From Pedobacter sp. (GTDB lineage Bacteria; Desulfobacterota; Desulfuromonadia; Desulfuromonadales; Syntrophotaleaceae), in assembly GCA_050253415.1 (NCBI GenBank), contig JBFWJC010000001.1:680679-744678 (forward strand): a DNA stretch of 64,000 nt, given 5' to 3'. The position numbers and the translations under genes are program-made. The first letter of the stretch is position 1. Each line of letters opens with the position of its first letter. The notes beneath the pieces are model-generated. The model saw nothing but the letters and a program-made list of their open reading frames with translations, did not search any database and was not told the DNA's origin. Shown here one piece after another: positions 10,089 to 19,920 of the stretch.

Positions 10089-11693
10089 TTATTCTTCCGG
10101 GCGAGCCTTAATCAGATGCAGATACTTGATGAAACTGGCCTCGACCATGGAGCCGATTTCGTCCACCACGTTGGACGGTACAGCTGAGTCCAGCGACAGA
10201 ATAACCATGGCTTCTCCCCGTTTTTCCTGGCGGCCGAGGTTCATGGCGGCAATATTGATATCGTGCTCGCCCATGATCTGACCGATTTTGCCGATCATGC
10301 CCGGCTGGTCCTTGTAGGTGATGACCAGCATGTGTTCTTCCGGAGCAAAGTCGACCTGACAGTCACGCAGGCGCACAATGCGGGGCTGACCTTCGAAGTG
10401 GGTGCCGACGATGGACCGGCGCATGCCGGGGCCTTCGATGTCGATGGTAACGGTGTTGGCAAATGCCGCCGGATCAGGATTTTTGACTTCCTCGATGGTA
10501 ATGCCCATGTTTTCGGCTATGAGCGAGGCGTTAACCATGTTGACATCCTGCTCCACCTTGTTGTCCAGCAGGGCGGCCACACCGCAGACGGTAATGGGTG
10601 TGCAGCAGAAATTGGCAACATTGCCCTGATAAGTAAAGGTGATTTTGTTCAGGTTGGAATCGGTCAGTTGAGACACGAAATCGGCCATGATATTTACCAG
10701 CCGCAAAAACGGCCGCATCTGCCCCATCAGCGAGCTGTCGAAACGCGGAATATTGGCGGCGTATTCCATGGGTTGCTCGTTAGCAAACCGCACGATGTCC
10801 TTGGCCACGTCGATGGACACGTTGATCTGGGCCTCGGCGCTGGAGGCTCCCAGGTGAGGTATGGCAAGCATACGTTCGTGCGCAATAAGCTGTTTGATGT
10901 GGTCGCTTTTGGGCGGTTCTTCGCTCCACACGTCGACGCAGGCCGTTCCGACCTTACCGCTTTCCAGGGCAGCCAGCAGAGCCGGTTCGTTGATGATCCC
11001 GCCGCGGGCAGTGTTGACCAGGATGACGCCATCTTTCATTTGTTCAAATTCGGCGGCATCGATGAGGTTGCGGGTTTCGTCGTTGAGAGGTACATGTACG
11101 GAAATGACGTCGGAGGTTTTGATCAGTTCCTCAAGGGAAACAAGCCTTACGCCGAGATCCTGTACCCGCTTTTCCGAGATGTAGGGGTCGCAGCCGATAA
11201 CTTCGCAACCAAACGCCTTCAGGCGGGTGACCACGCCGCCGCCGATCTTATTGAGCCCGATGACACCGGCAACCTTGTCTTTGAGTTCCATGGCTTTAAT
11301 GGAACGGTTCCATTCGCCACTCTTTATACTGTTGTCAGCTTTGACCAGTTTGCGACAGGCCGCCAGGATAAGAGCCATAGCGTGTTCAATGACACTGTTG
11401 ATATTGCCGAACGGTGCGTTGCAGACGATGATTCCTTTTTCGCTGGCCGCTTTGAGGTCGACGTTGTCCAGCCCCACCCCGGCTCTGGCGACGACTTTGA
11501 GATTTTTCCCGGCCTCGAGCAGTTCACGGTCCGCCTTGGTCGCGCTGCGAATCACCAGTGCCTCATAGTTGCCGATGATGTTCAGCAATTCTTCCCGGGT
11601 AAGGTCGGTTTTGACGTCCAACTCGATGAGGGATTCTTTTTCAAGGATCAATAGCCCCTCTTTGGCAAGTTTTTCCGCAACCAGAATTTTCAT
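10089..11693 (-). CDS. serA: D-3-phosphoglycerate dehydrogenase (type I, ASB and ACT domains)
   Basis: RAGVGLDNVD, NTARGGII, PHLGASSAEAQ, C-terminal DQPGMIGKIG ACT domain; AGGAG RBS before MKILVAE. Confidence 0.93.
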   Translation of the reverse strand: MKILVAEKLAKEGLLILEKESLIELDVKTDLTREELLNIIGNYEALVIRSATKADRELLEAGKNLKVVARAGVGLDNVDLKAASEKGIIVCNAPFGNINSVIEHAMALILAACRKLVKADNSIKSGEWNRSIKAMELKDKVAGVIGLNKIGGGVVTRLKAFGCEVIGCDPYISEKRVQDLGVRLVSLEELIKTSDVISVHVPLNDETRNLIDAAEFEQMKDGVILVNTARGGIINEPALLAALESGKVGTACVDVWSEEPPKSDHIKQLIAHERMLAIPHLGASSAEAQINVSIDVAKDIVRFANEQPMEYAANIPRFDSSLMGQMRPFLRLVNIMADFVSQLTDSNLNKITFTYQGNVANFCCTPITVCGVAALLDNKVEQDVNMVNASLIAENMGITIEEVKNPDPAAFANTVTIDIEGPGMRRSIVGTHFEGQPRIVRLRDCQVDFAPEEHMLVITYKDQPGMIGKIGQIMGEHDINIAAMNLGRQEKRGEAMVILSLDSAVPSNVVDEIGSMVEASFIKYLHLIKARPEE

Positions 11694-11997
11694 TGTAGCT
11701 CCTTTTGTGTTCAAGCAACTGTCTGACCGGGGGGCGGAGGGGACATGCATGGGATGTCCGAAGGGGGTGCCTCGGGGTCGGGTTAGGGTTGACGTCTGGA
11801 CAGGCTTCACCGAAAAGTCTGCCCAATTCCAGGACTTGAAAAGCCTTGCCATAATATAAAACGCAGATAATTTTTGCCAGTAAATTTGTCCTTCTAAGAA
11901 TTGTTTAAAAAAAGCTGGTAAAATAAGAGCGTATTCACTATTATACCGTTCAAATTTATTAGGTTTTCCTAAATACGTACAATACAGGATTGTTAAT

Positions 11998-12795
11998 ATG
12001 TGTCGCTTTTTATCTCTATTGCTCATCTCATTTCTTGTCATCGGGGTCGCCAGCGGTTTTCGTGTGTCTCAGGGCAAGATTCTCCAGAATGGTTTTCTGG
12101 CCAGTTGCTTTCGGGGCTACAGTGCCGCATGGGGGCAGGAACTATGGCGTTCTGACGGAACTTCCGAGGGTACTACGCTTATCCGTGATATCAATCCTGG
12201 CAGTAACTCGGGGCAACCCTATCAGTTCAGAGCATCGGATGAGCTGCTCTATTTCGGCGCCGACGATGGCAGCCACGGCTTTGAGTTGTGGCGTTCCGAT
12301 GGCAGCGCCACCGGTACTCAGATGGTGGCGGATATCAATGACGGCCCGGCCGGTTCTTTCCCGGCCGGCATCACCATTTTGGGCAAGCGGGTTTGCTTCG
12401 GAGCGGACGACGGCAGTGCCGGTCGCGAACTGTGGTGCTCGGCTGGTACCGCTAACGATACCCGCATGATTATGGATATCTTTCCGGGTTCCAAGGGATC
12501 TAATCCGAGATATTTCACCGAAGTGGAAGGTATGCTGTTGTTCGAAGCCGATGACGGCATACATGGCAGGGAATTGTGGCGCACGGACGGCACCCCGGAG
12601 GGTACCATGATGGTCTACGATATTTTCGCCGGTAGCGATAATTCCTGGCCATCCAATTTTTCCAAGACCAACGGAATATTGTTGTTTCGCGCCACCGATA
12701 GTATTCACGGGCGCGAACTATGGCGTAGCGACGGTACCCCGGAGGGAACCTACATGGTTAGGGACCTCAATAAGGGGGTGAAAAGTGCCTTCTAG
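11998..12795 (+). CDS. Secreted ELWxxDGT-repeat protein
   Basis: Signal peptide plus five ~48-aa repeats: ELWRSDGT, ELWRSDGS, ELWCSAGT, ELWRTDGT, ELWRSDGT. Confidence 0.88.
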   Translation: MCRFLSLLLISFLVIGVASGFRVSQGKILQNGFLASCFRGYSAAWGQELWRSDGTSEGTTLIRDINPGSNSGQPYQFRASDELLYFGADDGSHGFELWRSDGSATGTQMVADINDGPAGSFPAGITILGKRVCFGADDGSAGRELWCSAGTANDTRMIMDIFPGSKGSNPRYFTEVEGMLLFEADDGIHGRELWRTDGTPEGTMMVYDIFAGSDNSWPSNFSKTNGILLFRATDSIHGRELWRSDGTPEGTYMVRDLNKGVKSAF

Positions 12796-12848
12796 GCAAT
12801 GTCCATCCGCAACTCGGATGCAATGAATTGATAATGCTCAAGGCAAAA

Positions 12849-12888
12849 TAAAAAAGGGACCTGCATTTCTGCAAGTCCCTTTTGTTTT
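12849..12888. terminator. Bidirectional terminator between ELWxxDGT gene and tRNA
   Basis: AAAAAAGGGAC...GTCCCTTTT inverted repeat flanked by A- and T-runs. Confidence 0.75.
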
Positions 12889-12891
12889 ATT

Positions 12892-12968
<77 letters not shown>

Positions 12969-13114
12969 TCAGTGGAGTGTGAAGATACACAATCGTTTGA
13001 GAGTTGTCAACCTGCAGTTTCGGAAAAATTTACAATCGGTGTTTTTTGTACGGTTGCCGCCATGACGCAAGGCTGATAGAATGATTGCGTCATTCATTGA
13101 GAAGGATACAACCG

Positions 13115-13291
13115 TTGAGTAAATCCTCACCCAAACAAACGTATAATCGCCTTTGCGCACGGTGCCTGCGAGATTGCCGGCAGTCGGAAGGCACACTTTT
13201 AATCAGTTGTCCCCGCTTCATGCCCCGTCCCTTCAAGGTCAAGGATTACCGCTTTGACCAGCTCGATCTTTTTGGTCGTCCCCGCAAATAA
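13115..13291 (+). CDS. Small Cys-rich protein with C-terminal QLDLF motif
   Basis: GAAGGA RBS, TTG start; CxxCxxxC-x10-C; ends RFDQLDLFGRPRK. Confidence 0.6.
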   Translation: MSKSSPKQTYNRLCARCLRDCRQSEGTLLISCPRFMPRPFKVKDYRFDQLDLFGRPRK

Positions 13292-13300
13292 CCTTGCGCT

Positions 13301-13439
13301 TGATGACGTCGTAAACAATCCCTTTACAGCGTATGGCGTGCTTTTGCAGGCCCTCGGCATGTTTTTATCCACTCAAAGCACGGTCCGTGCAGGTCAAAAC
13401 ATGCCCTTGACCACCTTCTGTTTTTTTGCGTAAGCATTA
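13301..13439. repeat. Nested-palindrome intergenic element (REP/MITE-like)
   Basis: Degenerate terminal IR TGATG-N4-CGTAAA ... TTTGCG-N4-CATTA; inner IRs GGCATGTTTT/AAAACATGCC and GCACGG-T-CCGTGC. Confidence 0.5.
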
Positions 13440-13473
13440 CGGTCGGGTGAGCCCTGATCTGTGCGGTATTTCT

Positions 13474-14601
13474 TTAGAATGCTAGGCGATCAAGGAAGTC
13501 CGTAATAAAGTGTGTGAACTTCTCGGGTTCCACCAGAAAGGAGTCATGCCCGTGGTCGGAGTCGATCAGATGGTATTCAACCGGTTTTTCCAGCTTATGC
13601 AGAATCTGAATAATTTCTTCAGCTTCCTTGGGGGGATAGAGCCAGTCGGAAGAAAAGGTAAACCATAGCGAGGGGCATTGGATACGTTGCAGGGCCTCTT
13701 CCCGGCTTTCATAATTCCAGGCAACGTCGTAAAGATCGAGAGCCTTGGCCAGGTAGAGAAACGCGTTGGTATCGAACCGGTCAATAAAGGATCGGCCGTT
13801 GTATTCCAGATACCGCTCAACTTCAAACTGCCCAAAGAAATCGAACATGCCGTCACGGGCCGAGAAACGACGACCGAATTTGAGATGCATGGACGCATTG
13901 GACAGAAAGGAGATATGTCCGATGGCACGGCCGAGGGCCAAACCGTCTGCCGGAGGGTGTTCCGGTTTGTAGTTGCCCTTTTTCCACATGGGGTCGTTAA
14001 AAATTGCCTGGCGCGCAAGGGCGTTGAGAGCGATAGCCATGGGCGATGTGCGCCCGGTTCCGGCAATGGGGATGATGGACCGGACCCGTTCAGGGAACAG
14101 CACCCCCCACTCAAGGGCCTGCATGGCTCCCATGCTTCCGCCGATGACCGTTAGCAGGCGTTGTAAGCCGAGGTGATCGATGAGGCGTTTCTGGGCGCGG
14201 ACCATGTCCCGCACCATGATGACCGGAAAGCTGAGGTTGTAAGGGCGCCCGGTGCGCGGATTAATGCTGGTCGGTCCGGTGGAGCCGCCGCAAGAACCGA
14301 TCACATTGCTGCAGACGACGAAGTAGCGGTTGGTGTCGAGGACTTTGCCGGGGCCGATCATGTCGTCCCACCAGCCGGGTTTGCGATCTTCGCTGGAATG
14401 CCGGCCGGCCGCATGGGCATCGCCGGTCCAGGCGTGGGTTACAAGAATGGCGTTGGAGCGATCGGTGTTGAGCTTCCCGTAGGTTTCATAAGCCAGTCTG
14501 ATGGGGGCGGTAAGTAGACGGCCGCTTTCCAGGCGCAGGTCGCCATCGAAGTCGATGAACTGGGTTTTGACGATGCCGACTGAATCTTCCAAGATCAACA
14601 A
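13474..14601 (-). CDS. metX: Homoserine O-acetyltransferase
   Basis: [16 protein letters not shown], nucleophile [20 protein letters not shown]; downstream of SAM riboswitch. Confidence 0.95.
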   Translation of the reverse strand: MLILEDSVGIVKTQFIDFDGDLRLESGRLLTAPIRLAYETYGKLNTDRSNAILVTHAWTGDAHAAGRHSSEDRKPGWWDDMIGPGKVLDTNRYFVVCSNVIGSCGGSTGPTSINPRTGRPYNLSFPVIMVRDMVRAQKRLIDHLGLQRLLTVIGGSMGAMQALEWGVLFPERVRSIIPIAGTGRTSPMAIALNALARQAIFNDPMWKKGNYKPEHPPADGLALGRAIGHISFLSNASMHLKFGRRFSARDGMFDFFGQFEVERYLEYNGRSFIDRFDTNAFLYLAKALDLYDVAWNYESREEALQRIQCPSLWFTFSSDWLYPPKEAEEIIQILHKLEKPVEYHLIDSDHGHDSFLVEPEKFTHFITDFLDRLAF

Positions 14602-14615
14602 GCCTTCCCGTGCAT

Positions 14616-14652
14616 AAAAAAACGGCCCTTCCCGGAGATTGGGAGGGGCCGT
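14616..14652 (-). terminator. Riboswitch-coupled intrinsic terminator in metX leader
   Basis: Minus strand ACGGCCCCTCCC...GGGAAGGGCCGT followed by T-run, between aptamer and start codon. Confidence 0.8.
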
Positions 14653-14685
14653 GAGGATTAATTATGATCCTGCTGCATGCGGCTC

Positions 14686-14797
14686 CATCCTCATCTCTCC
14701 CCTGGGCAGGGGTAGGAATTAGCACCTGGCATCCGCGCCGGCAGATCGGTTGCTGTGGTTTCACAGGGCCTATCCCTCCACCACTCTCGATAAAGAC
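14686..14797 (-). ncRNA. SAM-I (S-box) riboswitch
   Basis: Minus strand TTATCGAGAGTGGTGGAGGGATAGGCCCTGTGAAACCACAGCAACC...GGTGCTAATTCC...GAGATGAG matches the S-box consensus; upstream of metX. Confidence 0.95.
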
Positions 14798-14973
14798 AGT
14801 ATAGTTTTACCTATATGTTGCGGAAACTCTAAAGGAGCAACCGCCAAATGTCAATCATTCTCTCTTCTTTGGTGGATGGGGCTTAGCCTGGTCGCAGGCA
14901 GGTCCGATCCGCAGTCGGAAGAAGAAAGGTCGCAGTCGCGTGTCAAAACAAACACGCGTTATGAATGAGGGTT

Positions 14974-15420
14974 CTAAAGTTTGCTGACAAGTTGGTCTAC
15001 AGGATCCTTGCAGTTTTTACCCATTTCGCAAAGCTGGGCAAAGCTGTAACGATTCAGAACCTCAATCAGTTGCGCGCGTGCTTCATGCCATACCTTGTTG
15101 ACCGGACAGTACAACTCACGTTCGCAATGGGATTCATCTGCCAGGCACAGATTGAGGTGAAGAGGGCCTTCTTCAGCCTTGATGACGTCGAGCAAGGTTA
15201 CATCCGCCGGATCTTTCATCAGGAAGAAACCGCCGCCGACGCCACGATGGGAACCAACGATGCCCAGTTTTATAAGAGGCTGAAGAATTTTAGTCAAAAA
15301 AGCGGGGGTAATGCCTTGCTCCCGGCAGATATCTTTTTTTAAAACTATTTCTCCTCGTGGCTGGCTGGCCATGAATAAAACGGCTCGTATAGCGTACTCG
15401 GTTGCTCTGGTAATGATCAC
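14974..15420 (-). CDS. Rrf2 family transcriptional regulator (Fe-S type)
   Basis: TEYAIRA, FLTKILQPL, SHRGVGGGF, three Cys in CLADESHCERELYC. Confidence 0.92.
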   Translation of the reverse strand: MIITRATEYAIRAVLFMASQPRGEIVLKKDICREQGITPAFLTKILQPLIKLGIVGSHRGVGGGFFLMKDPADVTLLDVIKAEEGPLHLNLCLADESHCERELYCPVNKVWHEARAQLIEVLNRYSFAQLCEMGKNCKDPVDQLVSKL

Positions 15421-15690
15421 ATCAAAATCCTTGAAAAGATGACTTTAGAGGTTATGAATAACCTGTCCTGTGCCCATTGTCAATATTCAAATTGCTCCAG
15501 ACGAAAAAATGTATACAGTGTTGGTTTTGGTCCATGATGCCGGGTTAAATTTTATGGCCTGCGGAAGCATTTATGCTTTATGATGAAGCGTTAGTAAGGA
15601 GCGTGCATTAGCAGGGATAGCGCAAATTATTGCGCTGCACCGTCTTGTTGCACAGCGGGTTCTGAAGACATTCACTCATGGAGATATTCG

Positions 15691-16038
15691 ATGGAGAAAA
15701 TTGCTCTGGTTGGCTTTAACGGTGAGTCCATGTGTTTTGTCCATGTTTTACTCAATGCCCTTGATATGCAGGCCAGGGGTTTTGACGTGCGGGTGATTAT
15801 CGAGGGCAGCGCTGTTCGCCAGATTGCGGAACTCGCCGAATCGTCTCATCCATTTGCGGCGCTTTGGGCCGATGTGCGGAAGTCCGGCCTGATCTGGGCA
15901 GTGTGCCGCGCTTGTGCTGTCAAGATGGATAGCCTCGCGGCCGCCCAGGAGCAGGGTTTGCCGGTGCGTGGCGATATGTCGGGCCATGTTGCCCTGGCCG
16001 AGTGTGTGCTGGAAGGGTACCGCATTATCACGTTTTGA
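15691..16038 (+). CDS. DsrE-like small protein
   Basis: MCFVHVLLNALDM, IIEGSA, VCRACA, MSGH, GYRIITF. Confidence 0.75.
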   Translation: MEKIALVGFNGESMCFVHVLLNALDMQARGFDVRVIIEGSAVRQIAELAESSHPFAALWADVRKSGLIWAVCRACAVKMDSLAAAQEQGLPVRGDMSGHVALAECVLEGYRIITF

Positions 16039-16134
16039 AGTCCGTTAAGTATGTGTTTTTTGGTTCTGGCGACGGGCACTTATTCCAATGGGGCGGCATG
16101 ATTGCAATGGTATTTTTTTGATTATGGAGGGGGC

Positions 16135-17154
16135 GTGACCGTAAGATTCTGGCGATGCGTGTGGGTGGTCGGACTGTTTTTGCTGCAGGTTAACACAGGG
16201 TATGGGCGACAAATCCGTTGCGACGATCCCTTGTCTTTGTGGCAGGATCGTCCGGTAAAGCAGGCCATTGTTAATTTTGTCCGGCAGGTAATTGATCCTG
16301 CCGACGTTGCGTATGTTCCACCCGGAGACCGTATCGTCACCATCGATATGGACGGTACTCTTTTATGCGAACGGCCTTTATCCGTGGGGATGGTATTTGC
16401 GGAGAGTCTGCTGGAAGAGTTGGCCGAGGTGCCGCAGTTGCAGGGCAGACAACCCTTTGATGCCGCACGCCAGGACAGGCTCAAGGCGCTGCGCAGGGAG
16501 CATTTTGAACTGTTCTTCGGCATGTCGGGCGCCGGCCTTGAGGAGGATACTGTTCGGGAAAAGGTGCGGACTCTGGCCCGCCAGGCGCGTCATCCGCGTT
16601 TTGACCGTCCGTATCGGGATCTGTTTTATGATCCCATGCTGCAATTGGTTACTTACCTGGTACGCAACGATTTTATCGTCTACGTGCTTTCCGGCTCGGA
16701 TCAGACCGTGGTTCGCACCCTGTGTGCCGAACGGTCGGAGTTGGCAGGCTTGCCGCCATCGCGTTTTATCGGGACTCTGGTGGCGCTGGATGTCGATTAC
16801 GGCACAAGTGGGCCGGTTTATTACCGCTTGGCCAGGGAGCTGGAGCCGGTCAACCTGCGTAAAGGCAAAGCCCTGAATATCCTCTATCGCATCGGGCAAA
16901 AGCCGATTCTGGCCGTGGGTAACAGTGAGGGCGACTGCGGTATGCTGGCCGCGACCCTCGGCTCGGGGTATCCTGCAACCATGCGCCTGTTGCTGCGACA
17001 TGATGACGACGAGCGTGAGTACCTTTATCCCCGAACGGAAAGGTCGGGCGCTGCGGATCAAGCCGGTCTTTGCCAAGCTCAGGTCGGAGCCGATATCCTC
17101 GCCATCAGTATGAAAGAGGATTTCCGCCAGATCTTTGGGCACCCCGCCAAGTGA
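16135..17154 (+). CDS. Exported HAD-superfamily hydrolase (non-specific acid phosphatase-like)
   Basis: DMDGTLLCE motif I, VLSGS, KGK, AVGNSEGD, LRHDDDEREY; signal-like N-terminus; start approximate. Confidence 0.85.
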   Translation: MTVRFWRCVWVVGLFLLQVNTGYGRQIRCDDPLSLWQDRPVKQAIVNFVRQVIDPADVAYVPPGDRIVTIDMDGTLLCERPLSVGMVFAESLLEELAEVPQLQGRQPFDAARQDRLKALRREHFELFFGMSGAGLEEDTVREKVRTLARQARHPRFDRPYRDLFYDPMLQLVTYLVRNDFIVYVLSGSDQTVVRTLCAERSELAGLPPSRFIGTLVALDVDYGTSGPVYYRLARELEPVNLRKGKALNILYRIGQKPILAVGNSEGDCGMLAATLGSGYPATMRLLLRHDDDEREYLYPRTERSGAADQAGLCQAQVGADILAISMKEDFRQIFGHPAK

Positions 17155-17191
17155 GCCATTCGTCCGCCTGCAACCGGAGGGCGTCGGCCGA

Positions 17192-17822
17192 TCAGGCGCC
17201 GCTGCGCTTAAGCACGGCGGCGACCGCTTCTGCCATCTGTTTATAACCGGCGGCGTTGGGATGGATCATATCGCTTTTCAGCGAGTTGTCCCGCAGGATG
17301 CGAGTCAAAACCTCGTTCTCAAGCGGAATCCGGTAGCGCTCGGCAACTTCCTGGTAAAATTCGGCCGGCCGGGGCAGCAGGCCCGGTTGCGGTACGCCGA
17401 GCATGACCACCTGGGCACCGCTTTTGCGGATCATTTCGATCATATCGGACAAGTGCGCGGCGGTTGTCTGGTGGGCCAAGCGTCGCAGCAGGTCGTTGCC
17501 GCCATGGCATAGCACCACCAGGTCCGGATGGTAACGTTGCAGCAGGCCAGGTAGTCGTAGTACCCCTTCGGCGCTGATTTCACCGGGTACCCCGGCATTG
17601 ATCGTCTGCCATCCGGTCAATTGCTGCAGTATGGCCGGATAGCTGTCAACCCTCTGTGCTCCGTTGCCGGCAGTGAGACTGTCGCCAAAAGCCAGGATTA
17701 CCGCATGGGCCGGCAATGGCTGCAGGCGTGGAATGCGATCGCGGCAACCCACCATCAAAGCTGCAAACATCACGATTGCCACGGATAAACCGCGACCCGT
17801 CCTTTTCAGGCTTTTAACCATG
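17192..17822 (-). CDS. SGNH/GDSL arylesterase (lipoprotein)
   Basis: FGDSLT, NAGVPGE, GGNDLL, DMIHPNAAGY; lipobox LMVGC; start approximate. Confidence 0.9.
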
Positions 17823-17998
17823 GCTAACCTCGTTTCCCTTCCGAACATCATCGTCAGAAACCATCCCTTTTAATTTATCGGTCCGGTGCGCTGTCTTGTC
17901 AAGGTCTCGCGTTTGTTCCGGGGCTTTCCTAAAATGGGCGGATCTGCCATAATCTTGTTTTTGTTCCATGTTGCAATCAGGAAGAGAGAATTACCATC

Positions 17999-19876
17999 AT
18001 GGCTTTGTTGAGTATACAGAATGTCAGTCTCGCATTTGGCGGGCCGACCTTGTTCCAGGACATTAATCTGCATGTTGAGCGCGGTGACCGCGTCGGGTTG
18101 CTGGGACGCAACGGCTGCGGTAAATCGACGCTGTTGCGCCTGATCTCCGGTGAATTGAAGCCGGATAGCGGCGCCGTGGTATGTCGCCAAGGGGTGCGGA
18201 TCGCCAGCCTGCCCCAGGATGTCCCCGCAGATTTGAACGGTACCGTGTATGAGGAAGTGCTGTGTGGCCTGGGACAGGCCGGACAGGAATTGTTGCGCTA
18301 TCACCGCCTCGCCCGGTTGGTGCAGGATGGCGATGACAGCCAGTTGCCCGCCATGCTGGAATGTCAGCACGCGCTGGAGGCCTCCGGTGCCTGGCCGCTG
18401 GAGCAGTTGGTGGTGCAGGTTCTTTCCCATCTGCACCTTGAGGGTGAAACGCCGGTGTCCGAACTTTCCGGTGGCGTTAAACGCCGGGTATTGCTGGCTC
18501 GCGCCCTGGTAGGGGAGCCGGATATCCTGCTGCTGGACGAACCGACAAACCATCTGGATATCGACACCATCGACTGGCTGGAAAGTTTTTTGCGCCGCTC
18601 ATCGCTGACCTTGCTGTTCGTTACCCATGACCGTGAGTTTCTCAAGGCTCTGGCGACTCGCACGGTTGAACTTGATCGCGGCAAGCTGTTTGATTTTGCC
18701 TGCGATTACGAAACGTTTTTGCGCCGCCGGGAAGAAGCGCTGCACGCCGAGGAGCAGGAATGGCAGCGTTTTGATCGCAAGCTGGCCCAGGAGGAAGTCT
18801 GGATTCGGCAGGGGATCAAGGCCCGCCGCACCCGTAATATGGGGCGAGTCGGTGAGTTGCAACGGATGCGAGCGGAACGTCTGCAGCGTCGCCAACGCTT
18901 CGGCACCTCGCGTCTGCAGTTGCAGGAGGCCGGCCGCAGTGGCAAGCTGGTAGCGGAGCTGGAGGACGTCTGTTTCAGCTATGGCGACAAACCGGTGATT
19001 CAGGGGCTGTCGACCACTATCATTCGTGGCGACCGCGTGGGGATCATCGGTCCCAATGGCGCGGGTAAATCGACCTTGCTCAAACTGATTCTCGGGCAGT
19101 TGGCGCCACAGCAGGGGCAGGCACGGCTTGGCACCAATCTGGAAATCCTCTATTTCGACCAGTTGCGCGAGCAACTTGATCCGGATGCCACGGTGCAGCA
19201 GAATTTATCCGGCGATCAGGACACCGTCCTGGTCGGCGGGACACCCCGGCACGTTTACGGTTATCTGCAGGACTTTCTGTTTACCCCGGATCGAGCCCGC
19301 ACGCCGGTGCGCATTCTGTCCGGTGGTGAGCGTCATCGCCTGCTGCTGGCAAAATTGTTTACCCGCGAAGCCAATGTGCTGGTCATGGACGAACCGACCA
19401 ACGACCTCGACCTGGAGACCCTGGAGTTGCTGGAGGAACTGTTGGCCGAGTTCACCGGTACGGTGTTGCTGGTCAGCCATGACCGCGCGTTCCTCGACCG
19501 GGTGGTGACCGGAACCCTGGTGTACGAGGGGGACGGTCGGTTTACCGATTATGTTGGTGGATACCAGGACTGGTTGCGGCAGCGTCCCGCTCCGGAGCCG
19601 GAGCCTGTTGTGGTCAAGTCGGCCAAAACCAAGCCGGAGCGGGTCCGGCCGCGCAAGTTAACATTTAAGGAACGCCAGGAACTCGATGCCTTGCCGGCCC
19701 GGATCGACGCATTGGAAAACGAACAGGCCACGCTCCATGAAAAGTTGGCCGATCCGGCCTTTTATCGGGAGCAGGGCGATGCCGTGGCCGTGGTGCGCGA
19801 ACGTATGGCAAGCCTTGAAGAGGACCTGACCGTTTGTTTTGCCCGTTGGGAAGAGCTCGAAGCCCTGGCAGAATGA
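17999..19876 (+). CDS. uup: ABC-F family ATPase Uup
   Basis: Two ABC domains, EEVWIRQGIKARRTRN linker, C-terminal KLTFKERQEL...RWEELE domain. Confidence 0.92.
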   Translation: MALLSIQNVSLAFGGPTLFQDINLHVERGDRVGLLGRNGCGKSTLLRLISGELKPDSGAVVCRQGVRIASLPQDVPADLNGTVYEEVLCGLGQAGQELLRYHRLARLVQDGDDSQLPAMLECQHALEASGAWPLEQLVVQVLSHLHLEGETPVSELSGGVKRRVLLARALVGEPDILLLDEPTNHLDIDTIDWLESFLRRSSLTLLFVTHDREFLKALATRTVELDRGKLFDFACDYETFLRRREEALHAEEQEWQRFDRKLAQEEVWIRQGIKARRTRNMGRVGELQRMRAERLQRRQRFGTSRLQLQEAGRSGKLVAELEDVCFSYGDKPVIQGLSTTIIRGDRVGIIGPNGAGKSTLLKLILGQLAPQQGQARLGTNLEILYFDQLREQLDPDATVQQNLSGDQDTVLVGGTPRHVYGYLQDFLFTPDRARTPVRILSGGERHRLLLAKLFTREANVLVMDEPTNDLDLETLELLEELLAEFTGTVLLVSHDRAFLDRVVTGTLVYEGDGRFTDYVGGYQDWLRQRPAPEPEPVVVKSAKTKPERVRPRKLTFKERQELDALPARIDALENEQATLHEKLADPAFYREQGDAVAVVRERMASLEEDLTVCFARWEELEALAE

Positions 19877-19920
19877 ACGGATAAATTTTGATCCGTCATT
19901 GTATTTTGGGGAGGGAAAAA

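Noticed and set aside
10263..11654. 463-aa plus-strand ORF
   Set aside because: Antisense shadow of serA.
11694..12041. N-terminal extension of serA in the ORF track (650 aa)
   Set aside because: Homology and RBS point to ATG at 11693; the extension crosses AT-rich promoter DNA and overlaps the opposite-strand gene.
12130..12770. CRISPR-like periodic repeats
   Set aside because: The periodicity comes from coding ELWxxDGT repeats (~144 bp, degenerate); no repeat-spacer array or cas genes.
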